Assembly (NCBI GenBank): GCA_031127095.1
Contig: JARIEX010000002.1
Location: 3,346-67,345, forward strand
Direction of reading: 5' to 3'
Length of the DNA: 64,000 nt
Source of the DNA: Gemmatimonadota bacterium
GTDB lineage: Bacteria; Gemmatimonadota; Gemmatimonadetes; Gemmatimonadales; Gemmatimonadaceae
A model generated the notes under the pieces. The model ran no database searches, had not been told where the DNA came from, and worked only from the letters and a program-made list of their open reading frames with translations. Shown piece by piece: positions 46,854-55,455 of the stretch. Position 1 is the first letter of the stretch, and every line of letters begins with the position of its first letter. The position numbers and the translations under genes are program-made.

Positions 46854-48140
46854 CTAGAACAGCATCATCAGCGGCGACTCGAGCAGCGAGCGCAGCGTCT
46901 GGAGGAACTTTGCGCCGACGGCGCCATCGATGACGCGGTGATCGCAGCTGAGCGTGACGCGCATGCGCTGCCGCGGCACGAACTGGCCGTTCTCCCACAC
47001 CGGCTTAGTTTCCGTGGATCCTACGGCCAGAATGGCGGCCTCGGGCGGATTGATGATCGCGGTGAACTGATCGATCCCGAACATGCCGAGGTTGGACACG
47101 GAGAAGGTGCCGCCGCTGAATTCCGCCGGCTGCAGTTTCCGCTCGCGTGCCTTCTTGGCGAGTTCGCGGGCTTCCTTGCCGATCTGCCCCAGCCCCTTGC
47201 TCTGGGCGTCGCGGATCACGGGAACGATCAGGCCGTCGTCGGTGGCCACGGCCATGCCGACGTGCGCCGCGCTGAAGTAGCGGATGGATTCGCCCATCCA
47301 ATGCGCGTTGCACTCGGGGTGCCGGGTGAGGGCGATGGCGACGGCTTTGATGATGATGTCGTTGACCGACACCTTGAACTGATCGCCGTTGGCCACCATC
47401 TGCTCGCGTAGCTGCCCCACCTTCGTCATGTCGATTTCCGACGTGAGGTAGAACGTGGGCACCGGGCCGATGGACTCGCTGAGACGACGCGCGATGGTTT
47501 TGCGCATCTGCGTGAGCGCGACGTCCTTGTACTCGCCGTCGATCTGCATCGCGGTCGATACGGCGGTGGGCTTGGCGGCACTCGACACGGCCGTGGAGGC
47601 CGCTGTGGGTGCTGCGGCCATTGCGGCGGCGGCCGGGACGGCAGCCTCGATGTCACGACGAATCACGCGGCCCCCCGGGCCACTGCCGTGTACGCTCGCG
47701 AGGTTCACCCCCTTCTCGGCGGCCATGCGGCGGGCCAGCGGCGACGACCGCACCGGCCCAGACGGCTCGGCCACGGGCGCCGGCGCTGCTGCCGCGGCGG
47801 CCACGGGTGCGGCGGCGGGTGCGGCGGCGGACGGTGCGGCCACGGGTGCGGCGGCCGCGGCCGGCGCACTGCCGCCGCCGGTGAGCGCGCTGATGTCCTC
47901 GTCGGGGGCGGCGATCACGCCGATCACCGCGCCGATGGTGGCCGTGGTGCCTTCGGTGATCAACAGCGCGCGCAGCACGCCGTCACCGCGGGCCACGAGC
48001 TCCATGATCGCCTTGTCGGTTTCCACTTCACCGATGGTGTCACCGGTTTTCACGGTGTCGCCGACGTTCTTCACCCACTTCACGAGGCGTCCTTCCTCCA
48101 TCGTGGGAGAAAGCGCCTCCATCATCACTTTCGTTGCCAT
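46854..48140 (-). CDS. pdhC: Pyruvate dehydrogenase E2 dihydrolipoamide acetyltransferase
   Basis: Single lipoyl domain EVETDKA, Ala/Pro linker, SPLARR...GSGPGGRV, TFSVSNLG, DHRVIDG. Confidence 0.96.
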   Translation of the reverse strand: MATKVMMEALSPTMEEGRLVKWVKNVGDTVKTGDTIGEVETDKAIMELVARGDGVLRALLITEGTTATIGAVIGVIAAPDEDISALTGGGSAPAAAAAPVAAPSAAAPAAAPVAAAAAAPAPVAEPSGPVRSSPLARRMAAEKGVNLASVHGSGPGGRVIRRDIEAAVPAAAAMAAAPTAASTAVSSAAKPTAVSTAMQIDGEYKDVALTQMRKTIARRLSESIGPVPTFYLTSEIDMTKVGQLREQMVANGDQFKVSVNDIIIKAVAIALTRHPECNAHWMGESIRYFSAAHVGMAVATDDGLIVPVIRDAQSKGLGQIGKEARELAKKARERKLQPAEFSGGTFSVSNLGMFGIDQFTAIINPPEAAILAVGSTETKPVWENGQFVPRQRMRVTLSCDHRVIDGAVGAKFLQTLRSLLESPLMMLF

Positions 48141-48150
48141 GATCGCTGGG

Positions 48151-49131
48151 TCAGTCGAGGTAGAGAACCTGTCGGATTGCCGCGATCGTCTTCGGCAAGT
48201 CGGGCTTGGCGGCCTTTTCGAGACTCTTGGTATACGGCATCGGCGCATCGGCCTGATGCACGCGCAGCACGGGCGCATCGAGGTGATCGAAGCAGTAGCG
48301 CTGCACGTAGTCCACCACCTGCGCGCCCACGCCGCACACCTCCCATCCTTCTTCCACCACCACGCAGCGGTTCGTCTTCTTCACCGAGGCGGTGATGGCA
48401 TCGACGTCCATCGGCCGGATCGTGCGCAGATCGACCACGTCGCAGGTGATGCCTTCCTTCGCCATCTGGTCGGCGGCCTGCAGGGCCACGAGCACCATCT
48501 TGCCGTGCGACACCAGCGTGACGTGCTCGCCTTCGCGCTTGAGCTCGGCCTTGCCGATCGGCACGATGTAGTCGTCGTCGGGCACTTCGCCTTTGGTGTT
48601 GTACAGCATTTCGCCTTCGAGGAAGCACACCGGATTGTCGTCGCGGATGGCCGCCTTGAGGAGTCCCTTGGCGTCGTACGGCGTGGCCGGTGCCACGACC
48701 TTGAGGCCGGGGATGTGCGCCAGCCACGATTCCCACGCCTGCGAGTGCTGTGCACCCAGCTGTAGCGCGGCACCGTTGGGGCCGCGGAACACCATCGGCA
48801 TCGGGAACTGACCACCGGACATGTAGAGCATCTTCGCGGCGGCGTTGACCACCTGGTCGATCGCCAGCAGCGCGAAGTTCCACGTCATGAATTCGATGAT
48901 CGGACGCAGCCCCGCCATCGCGGCACCGACACCGACACCGGCAAATCCGAGTTCGGTGATCGGCGTGTCCACCACGCGCATCTCGCCGAATTCCTGCAGC
49001 AGTCCCTTCGAGACTTTATATGCGCCCTGATACACGGCGACTTCCTCACCCATCAGGAAGACGCGGTCGTCGCGGTGCATCTCTTCGCGGAGCGCCATGT
49101 TGAGCGCATCGCGGTACGTGATTACGGCCAT
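48151..49131 (-). CDS. pdhB: Pyruvate dehydrogenase E1 beta subunit
   Basis: MGEEVAVYQGAYKV, DTPITE, EFMTWNF, FRGPNG, AQHSQ. Confidence 0.97.
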   Translation of the reverse strand: MAVITYRDALNMALREEMHRDDRVFLMGEEVAVYQGAYKVSKGLLQEFGEMRVVDTPITELGFAGVGVGAAMAGLRPIIEFMTWNFALLAIDQVVNAAAKMLYMSGGQFPMPMVFRGPNGAALQLGAQHSQAWESWLAHIPGLKVVAPATPYDAKGLLKAAIRDDNPVCFLEGEMLYNTKGEVPDDDYIVPIGKAELKREGEHVTLVSHGKMVLVALQAADQMAKEGITCDVVDLRTIRPMDVDAITASVKKTNRCVVVEEGWEVCGVGAQVVDYVQRYCFDHLDAPVLRVHQADAPMPYTKSLEKAAKPDLPKTIAAIRQVLYLD

Positions 49132-49144
49132 GGTCGTATCGCCC

Positions 49145-50182
49145 TCAGCTCGTGGTTTCGACGAGAATGTCTTCCATGAGCGCCTCGAGCGGCAACTCCG
49201 GGCTCTGCTCAGCAAAGTCGATGCTGTCCTGCACGATCTTCTTGATCTCCTCGTCCATCGCGGCCACGTCGGCCGGCGTGATCTCGCCGGCTTCTTCCAT
49301 GCGCTGGCGGTGCAGGGCGATGGGGTCGCGCTTGAGGTACTGCTCGAGCTCTTCCTTGGTGCGGTACGTGCCGCTCACCGCGTCGGACATGGAGTGGCCC
49401 ATGAAGCGGTACGTGCGGATTTCGAGCAGCGTCGGCGTGCCGTCGGTGCGGGCGCGCTCGATGGCTTCTTCGGTGGCCTTGCGCACGGCGTACACGTCCT
49501 GACCGTCCACGACGTCACGCGGCATGTCGTACGACGCGCCACGCTTGTAGATGTCGTGAATGGCCGACGCGCGCTCGAGCGCGGTGCCCATGCCGTAGCG
49601 GTTGTTCTCGATGATGAACAGGCACGGCAGCTTCCAGAGCGCCGCCATGTTGAGCGCTTCGTGGAAGGCGCCGTTGTTCACGGCCGCCTCACCCATGAAG
49701 CACACGATCACCTGATCACCGCCGCGGTACTTGATGGCGAAGCCCACGCCGGCCGCGATGGGGATGTGTCCACCCACGATGCCGTGGCCGCCCAGGAAGC
49801 CGAGCTGCTTATCGAACATGTGCATGGAGCCACCCTTGCCCTTGGCGCAGCCGTCCTGCCGTCCGAACAGCTCCGCCATGACCGCGCGCGGCGTCATCCC
49901 GCGCGCCAGTGCCTGCCCATGATCACGATAGGTCGTGATGATGTAGTCGTCGGCACGCAGCAGCGACATGACGCCGGTGGAGATGGCCTCCTGCCCGATG
50001 TACAGGTGGCAGAAGCCGCCGATGCGCCCAATGGCGTACATCTCGGCGCACCGCTCTTCGAAGCGACGCTGCAGGAGCATCGAATACAGAAGCTCGCGAT
50101 TGGTGGCGGCCGAGGGGCTCGCCGACGCTTTGGCATCGGCGCGCACGGGCTCGCCCTTCTTGCGGGGTTTGGCTGTCGACAT
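49145..50182 (-). CDS. pdhA: Pyruvate dehydrogenase E1 alpha subunit
   Basis: GFCHLYIGQEA, YRDHG, GKGGSMH, GEAA...ENN TPP motif, TYRFMGHSMSD. Confidence 0.97.
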   Translation of the reverse strand: MSTAKPRKKGEPVRADAKASASPSAATNRELLYSMLLQRRFEERCAEMYAIGRIGGFCHLYIGQEAISTGVMSLLRADDYIITTYRDHGQALARGMTPRAVMAELFGRQDGCAKGKGGSMHMFDKQLGFLGGHGIVGGHIPIAAGVGFAIKYRGGDQVIVCFMGEAAVNNGAFHEALNMAALWKLPCLFIIENNRYGMGTALERASAIHDIYKRGASYDMPRDVVDGQDVYAVRKATEEAIERARTDGTPTLLEIRTYRFMGHSMSDAVSGTYRTKEELEQYLKRDPIALHRQRMEEAGEITPADVAAMDEEIKKIVQDSIDFAEQSPELPLEALMEDILVETTS

Positions 50183-50220
50183 GGCTGGGGAGGGTGTTGA
50201 GAACGGAGTCGTGCGTGGCG

Positions 50221-51129
50221 TCAGACGCCGGCGGCCTGCACCTGCTCCCACGCGTGGTAGCTGGAGCGCACCAGCGGGCCGCTCTCCACGTGGCGGAAGC
50301 CGAGTTGCATGCCCACCTGGTACAGCTCGCGGAACTCTTCGGGGGTGACGTAGCGGTCGAGTTCGATATGGCCGTCGGACGGACGGAGGTACTGCCCGAG
50401 GGTCAGGATGTCCACGTCGACGGAGCGCAGTTCCCGCATGACCTCGATGACTTCTTCATTCGTCTCGCCGAGGCCGAGAATGATGCCGGTCTTGGTGGGG
50501 ATGCCGGGCGCCACACGCTTGGCAATACGGAAGATCTCGAGCACACGCTCGTAGCGTCCGCCGGGGCGCGCCTTTTTGAACAGGCGCGGCACCGTTTCCG
50601 TATTGTGGTTGTAGATGTCGGGGCGCGCGTCGAGGACCGTGCGGATGGAGTCTTCGTTGCCCTGGAAATCGGGCACGAGCACTTCGATCGAGCAGCCCGG
50701 CAGACGCTGGTGAATCTGCCGGATGGTTTCGGCGAAGATGTACGCGCCGAAATCGGGGAGATCGTCGCGGTCCACCGACGTGATGACGGCGTGGCGCAAG
50801 TTGAGTTCGGCGATCGCCTGCCCGACGCGCGACGGCTCCTCGATGTCGTACTTGGGCGGTCGACCGTGCGACACGGCGCAATACGCGCAGTTCCGCGTGC
50901 AGACGTCGCCGAGGATCATGAAGGTGGCGGTGCCGTGCTCCCAGCATTCCCCGATGTTGGGGCAGTGCGCCTCCTGACAGACGGTGTGCAGGTCGAGTTC
51001 CTGCATCATCTGTTTGAGGCGCACGTAGTTCGCACCTCCAGGCGCCTTCACTTTGAGCCACGACGGCTTACGCTCGGGGAGCGCTTCGCGGCGATGGCGC
51101 CCCATGATCTGAACTAACTGCTCGGCCAT
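50221..51129 (-). CDS. lipA: Lipoyl synthase
   Basis: CQEAHCPNIGEC, CTRNCAYC, GQYLRP, VRSSYHA. Confidence 0.98.
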   Translation of the reverse strand: MAEQLVQIMGRHRREALPERKPSWLKVKAPGGANYVRLKQMMQELDLHTVCQEAHCPNIGECWEHGTATFMILGDVCTRNCAYCAVSHGRPPKYDIEEPSRVGQAIAELNLRHAVITSVDRDDLPDFGAYIFAETIRQIHQRLPGCSIEVLVPDFQGNEDSIRTVLDARPDIYNHNTETVPRLFKKARPGGRYERVLEIFRIAKRVAPGIPTKTGIILGLGETNEEVIEVMRELRSVDVDILTLGQYLRPSDGHIELDRYVTPEEFRELYQVGMQLGFRHVESGPLVRSSYHAWEQVQAAGV

Positions 51130-51248
51130 GTTCCACTGGAAAGGCCCGGAGGAGCCCGGGACGTGATCCGAAGAAGGTAGCCCGATGTTTCGTATCGGGA
51201 AACATGTCAGTAACCATCAACACGGAAATAGCTGGAATTCCCGAGGGC

Positions 51249-51274
51249 AGAAACTTTGGGCGAGGGCTATCGTA
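51249..51274 (+). promoter_or_regulatory. Putative ECF-sigma promoter
   Basis: AGAAAC-N16-CGTA, one mismatch to the SigW-type TGAAAC-N16-CGTA, 35 bp before the small membrane gene. Confidence 0.5.
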
Positions 51275-51309
51275 GGGGACAACAACCCCACTCTGACCTG
51301 AGGCAGACC

Positions 51310-51525
51310 ATGCTCCGCACCCTGTTTACCGTCGGCCTGATCGCGATGCTCGGCCTGATTGCCCTGAAGTTGGTGTTCGGGCTGCTGGGCCCGCTGGTGG
51401 GGCTGTTGTTCATGCTGCTCGGCTTCGCGATCCGCGTGGTACTGATCGGCGCGGTGGTGTACTTCGTGATCCGCGTGGTGAGCCCGCGGACGGCGGAACG
51501 GATCGAGCAGGCGATCCGCCGCTGA
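51310..51525 (+). CDS. Small hydrophobic membrane protein (71 aa)
   Basis: GAGG SD; two hydrophobic helices and a basic tail. Confidence 0.75.
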   Translation: MLRTLFTVGLIAMLGLIALKLVFGLLGPLVGLLFMLLGFAIRVVLIGAVVYFVIRVVSPRTAERIEQAIRR

Positions 51526-51598
51526 GGGTATCAGCGCTCGGTAGTGACCACGGTGGCGGCTGAATGCCGATCCCTGTCCCGCCCGGCTGTCCCCGCCG

Positions 51599-52597
51599 CT
51601 AGCCGTCCTGTCCCATCCGCTCCACGATCGCCCACGCCAGCATCGGCACCATGATCTCGTGGTGCCCCGTGATCTCGTAGCCTTTCCCGCTGTCCTGGGT
51701 GGGGCGCCGCACGACGTTCATGCGGGGCCGGTAGTGTCGCTGCATGTCGAGATCGCAGGTCACGAACCCGGTGGGGGCCCCGCCGTTCAGGTTGCGCGCG
51801 ATCGTGAGGGCCTTCAGGAATACCTCGGGCATGATCACCGCGCTGCCCACGTTCAGGACGACGCCGCCGTCGTGCAGGGTGCTGAGTGAGGCGGCCAGCC
51901 GGCGGAAGTCGCGGTGGCTGGTATCGCCGATGGCGGCCCCATTGGCGGCCGGGTGCTGGTGGATGATTTCACAGCCGAGGGCGGCGTGGATCGTGGCCGG
52001 TACGTGGTGCCGCCAGCACTGGTAGGTGAGCGACAGCTCGGGGTGCAACAGCGGTTCGGCATCGGCGAGGGCGCGGGCGACGGACTCCCCCATCCCCCAC
52101 TGCTGGGCCATGCCGGCGACAAAGGCGCCGTTGAGGCCGCGCCCGGTCTCGTCGGCCATCCCGAACGAGCCGTCGCGCAATCCGGCGGCGACATCTTCCG
52201 AGGTCCCGCCGAAACGCGCGATCTCGTAGTCGTGGATCGCGGCGGAGCCGTTCATCGCGACGTGCGTGATGATGCCACGCCGGACGAGATCCACCAGCAC
52301 ACGGGCCAGTCCGGTTTTGACGACGTGGCCGCCCAGCATGAGCAGCACGCCGCGTCCTTTGCGCCGTGCCGCCACGATGGCATCGACCACCGCCAGAAAA
52401 TCCCGCGCCACCAGAATGTCGGGGAGCGACGCCAGAAACGCGCCCATGGAGCGCGCCGCCGGATCATCCGGCGGTGGGGCCGCAAACTCGTCTGCGCGCA
52501 CCTTGTTGGGGCGGCTTTGCACCGGAATCGTGGTCACGCGCGACAGGTCGGCCTCGTGATACGACATCGGCGTGGACCGGTCAGTGGGCGCGGTCAT
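51599..52597 (-). CDS. Deoxyhypusine-synthase-like (GSU2086-type) protein
   Basis: MLGGHVVKTGL, HVAMNGSAAIHDYE, GSAVIMPEVFLKAL, GHHEIM; ATGA overlap with the upstream gene. Confidence 0.72.
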   Translation of the reverse strand: MTAPTDRSTPMSYHEADLSRVTTIPVQSRPNKVRADEFAAPPPDDPAARSMGAFLASLPDILVARDFLAVVDAIVAARRKGRGVLLMLGGHVVKTGLARVLVDLVRRGIITHVAMNGSAAIHDYEIARFGGTSEDVAAGLRDGSFGMADETGRGLNGAFVAGMAQQWGMGESVARALADAEPLLHPELSLTYQCWRHHVPATIHAALGCEIIHQHPAANGAAIGDTSHRDFRRLAASLSTLHDGGVVLNVGSAVIMPEVFLKALTIARNLNGGAPTGFVTCDLDMQRHYRPRMNVVRRPTQDSGKGYEITGHHEIMVPMLAWAIVERMGQDG

Positions 52598-54648
52598 TCG
52601 CCGGCGTCACCACTGCGGTCAGAACCGCTGCGGTCGGAACCGCTGCGGTCGGAACCGCCGCCGCCATCCCCGTCCCCGGGCCCCGACTCCCCGCTCTCCC
52701 CGCCATCCTTGTCCCGGCGTCCGCGCGACCGGCGGGCGCCGCCGCGGCGTCCCCGACGTCCACGACGACGGGCGCGTGCGGCGCGCTCCTCCTCGGATTC
52801 GCCCGCGACCTCGGCGCTGTCGTCGCGATCGTCCGCGTCACCGTCAGGCGTCTCCTCGCCCTCCGCCGTCGGTACGGCAGCGCCCCGCGATCTGGAACGC
52901 CGGGGCCGGTCCGGCCGCACGGTCGGGGTACCATCCCGTGCGGGGGCATCGCCGGAGTCGTTTCCGGAGCCGTTGCCGGAGCCGTTGCCGGAGCGGTTGC
53001 CCGCGTCGTCCCCCTGCGTGTCGCCGGCCTCGTCGCTGCCTTCGTCGCTGCCTTCGTCGCCGGCCGCGCCATCCTTCCGGGCGCGACCACGACGCGAACG
53101 ACGGTTGCGGCGCCGCTTGCGCCGCGGTCCGGTGCCCTCGGCCGTTTCCGCGCTGTCCTCGCCCACGTCGCTATCGGCGCCGTCTGCGGCGTCCTCGTCG
53201 TCCGTTTGGCCCGACTCCGGGCGCGACGATGGTGCTGCCGACCTGGACTCCAGCACCGATGATGACCCCTGGGCCGACTTCGGCTCGGTGTCCATCGGCG
53301 TGTTGCCGTCGACCGACGCTGCGTCACCTGCTGCCGCGCTGGCCGCTGCCGTGTCGGCCGCTGCCGTGTCGGCGGTGTCCTGATCGCGCGTGCCGCGGCG
53401 CCCGGCGGGCGGGGCGAACGGATCGTCGAGCGCGAGGGTGGGATCGCTGTAGGGCGACCGCTCTTCATTGCGCGGACGCCGTGGGGCGGCCGACGCGTTT
53501 CCGCGCGCGGCCCGCTGCCCGCGCGGCAGGCGCTCGGGGCGGACGGTCTTCGCCTCTCCCTCGGTGCCGGCAGCGCGCTCACGCTTCGCGCGCTCGGGTT
53601 TGGTGCGCTCGGGCGCGGCTGCGCGTTCGGTACGCGGCGCCTCGGCGGCCGGCGCGGGCCGCTCGGCAACCCGTTCCTCGCCGCGTTCGGTCGGTGCGTC
53701 GTCCGTGCGTTCGCTGCGGGCGCGCTCGCGCTCGCGGCGGCGCCCCTCGCGACGTCCGTTGAACGACTCTTCGTCCTCGACCCGCGGGCGCTGCTGTACA
53801 CGCTCGCGCAGCTTTTCGACCGACAGCTCCGGTTCGTCGCGTCGCTTGCCGGCGGCGCCACCACGCGGCGGGCGCCGCTCGCTGTCGCCCGAGGCGTCGG
53901 CGGCTGATCCCGCTTCGGCACGGCGGCCACGGGCCCCCCATGCCCACTTCAGCACCGCGAGGCCATCACGCACGGCAATACGGCGCGTCTCGCGCATGCG
54001 CACGCCATAGGTGGGCTCGAGCGGCACCGATTCCACCCGACGCGCGAGCGGGACCAGCTTGAGCAGCAGATCCGCGTTGGCGGTCCACGAGTCGCCCACG
54101 CACACCGGCGCCGATCCCGCCTGCCGCACCAGATCGCGCAGCGCGGAAATGCGGATCAGGCGCATGGAGGCCGTGAGGTCGCGCACGCCGTCCACCCGCA
54201 CGAACGGACGCATCGACCAGTGGGCCGCCTTGAACAAGCGGCGGACCGGCACCGGTGCGTCGGCCACCACCATGCGCTCGCCCACCACCAGATCCGCGCC
54301 GCCTTCGAAACGGCGGGCAAACTCCGGGACGAGGCCCGGCGGGTCGGTGAAGTCGCCTTGCATGAGCAGCAGCGCGTCACGACGCGGGTAGCGCGTCTGC
54401 GCCGACACATGCCGGATCAGGGCATCGATGGCGCCGGCATAGCCGATGCGGGAAGTGCCGCGCAGCACGGTGACGGGCATCGCGTGGGCGTACTGTTCCG
54501 CCACGTCCGCCGTTTCGTCGGTGCTCGCGTCATCGTACACCACGACTTCGTACTCACGCGGGAACTCCGCGAGCACGGTCCGAAGCCGCCAGAGAAGGAC
54601 GCCGATGGTGGCGACCTCGTTGTGCGCGGGAATGGCGAGGTAGAGCAC
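52594..54648 (-). CDS. GT2 (DPM1-like) glycosyltransferase domain + ~440-aa disordered charged tail
   Basis: LAIPAHNE, VVVYDDASTDET, ADLVVGER; GTG start 54648; low-complexity Arg/Asp/Glu/Gly tail. Confidence 0.82.
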   Translation of the reverse strand: MLYLAIPAHNEVATIGVLLWRLRTVLAEFPREYEVVVYDDASTDETADVAEQYAHAMPVTVLRGTSRIGYAGAIDALIRHVSAQTRYPRRDALLLMQGDFTDPPGLVPEFARRFEGGADLVVGERMVVADAPVPVRRLFKAAHWSMRPFVRVDGVRDLTASMRLIRISALRDLVRQAGSAPVCVGDSWTANADLLLKLVPLARRVESVPLEPTYGVRMRETRRIAVRDGLAVLKWAWGARGRRAEAGSAADASGDSERRPPRGGAAGKRRDEPELSVEKLRERVQQRPRVEDEESFNGRREGRRRERERARSERTDDAPTERGEERVAERPAPAAEAPRTERAAAPERTKPERAKRERAAGTEGEAKTVRPERLPRGQRAARGNASAAPRRPRNEERSPYSDPTLALDDPFAPPAGRRGTRDQDTADTAAADTAAASAAAGDAASVDGNTPMDTEPKSAQGSSSVLESRSAAPSSRPESGQTDDEDAADGADSDVGEDSAETAEGTGPRRKRRRNRRSRRGRARKDGAAGDEGSDEGSDEAGDTQGDDAGNRSGNGSGNGSGNDSGDAPARDGTPTVRPDRPRRSRSRGAAVPTAEGEETPDGDADDRDDSAEVAGESEEERAARARRRGRRGRRGGARRSRGRRDKDGGESGESGPGDGDGGGGSDRSGSDRSGSDRSGDAGE
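52613..52660. repeat. 15-bp tandem repeat x3 (GSDRS) in the GT2 tail
   Basis: (ctgcggtcrgaaccg)3; a 12-bp NGSG-coding repeat also lies at about 52959-53000. Confidence 0.7.
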
Positions 54649-54945
54649 AGGAGCCGGTGACGGGACGCGCCAGCCTATGGGAAACACACTGGCGTACTGG
54701 GGTACGACCGATAATAACAGAGAAGAGCCGTTGGCGGTGCGATTCGGGGCCACACGGTGGGCTGGCGCCCCTGGCGACCGTACAGCAACCAGCGGCACGG
54801 CGTCGCTGGGCACGTCTGCCCTCTGGCTGAGTGGGGGCGTCCAGGCGCACATTGCGCGGGGTCGTTCACCACGTGGCGGTTCCCCGCCGCCGACTCGCGG
54901 TCGGTCCCGTACGGCAGCGCCTCTTCCCGGACTGTGTCGTCCCTC

Positions 54946-55455
54946 ATGTTCGAACCACTTCGCGACGGGCTGCGCGGTATCTCCGCCAGACTCGATCCAG
55001 ACGAACGCCGCCGGATCACGCACACGATGCGTGAGGCGCTGGTGCACGCCCGGCTGGGTGTGGAGTCGCTGGCGCGCGCCGTGGCGGAGACGGCGGCGCG
55101 GCTGGCGGCCGAGCGTACCGAGCTCGAGACGGTGCGGCGGCGTCAGGGGCTGGCGGCGCAGATCAACGACGAGGACACGGTGGCCATCGCTGAGCGGTTC
55201 GCCCTTCTGCACGAGGAGCGGGTGGTGATGCTGGAGTCGAAGCAGATGGTGCAGCAGCAGGAGCACGCGATGGCCGAGCGCGAGTATGCGTCGATGGCCG
55301 CCGAACTGCGTGACCTCATGGCCGGCGTGACGCCGGGCCCGGCGTCGGACGCAGGCGGTGACACCCCGGAGCCAGCGCGGCGGCGGACGCGTGCCGAAAA
55401 GGAAGCCGACGCCGATGACCGACTGGCAGCGCTCAAGCGCCGCATGGGCAAGTGA
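54946..55455 (+). CDS. Coiled-coil protein, PspA/IM30-like
   Basis: Long heptad coiled coil, RRRQGLAAQINDEDTVAIA, C-terminal DDRLAALKRRMGK resembling the PspA C-terminus. Confidence 0.6.
   Translation: MFEPLRDGLRGISARLDPDERRRITHTMREALVHARLGVESLARAVAETAARLAAERTELETVRRRQGLAAQINDEDTVAIAERFALLHEERVVMLESKQMVQQQEHAMAEREYASMAAELRDLMAGVTPGPASDAGGDTPEPARRRTRAEKEADADDRLAALKRRMGK

Noticed and set aside
44000-46933. 977-aa plus-strand ORF
   Set aside because: Arg/Gly/His-rich shadow of the M66-like gene
52613-53060. Short tandem repeats as a possible CRISPR array
   Set aside because: No spacers, unit lengths are multiples of 3, in-frame within a disordered coding tail, no cas genes
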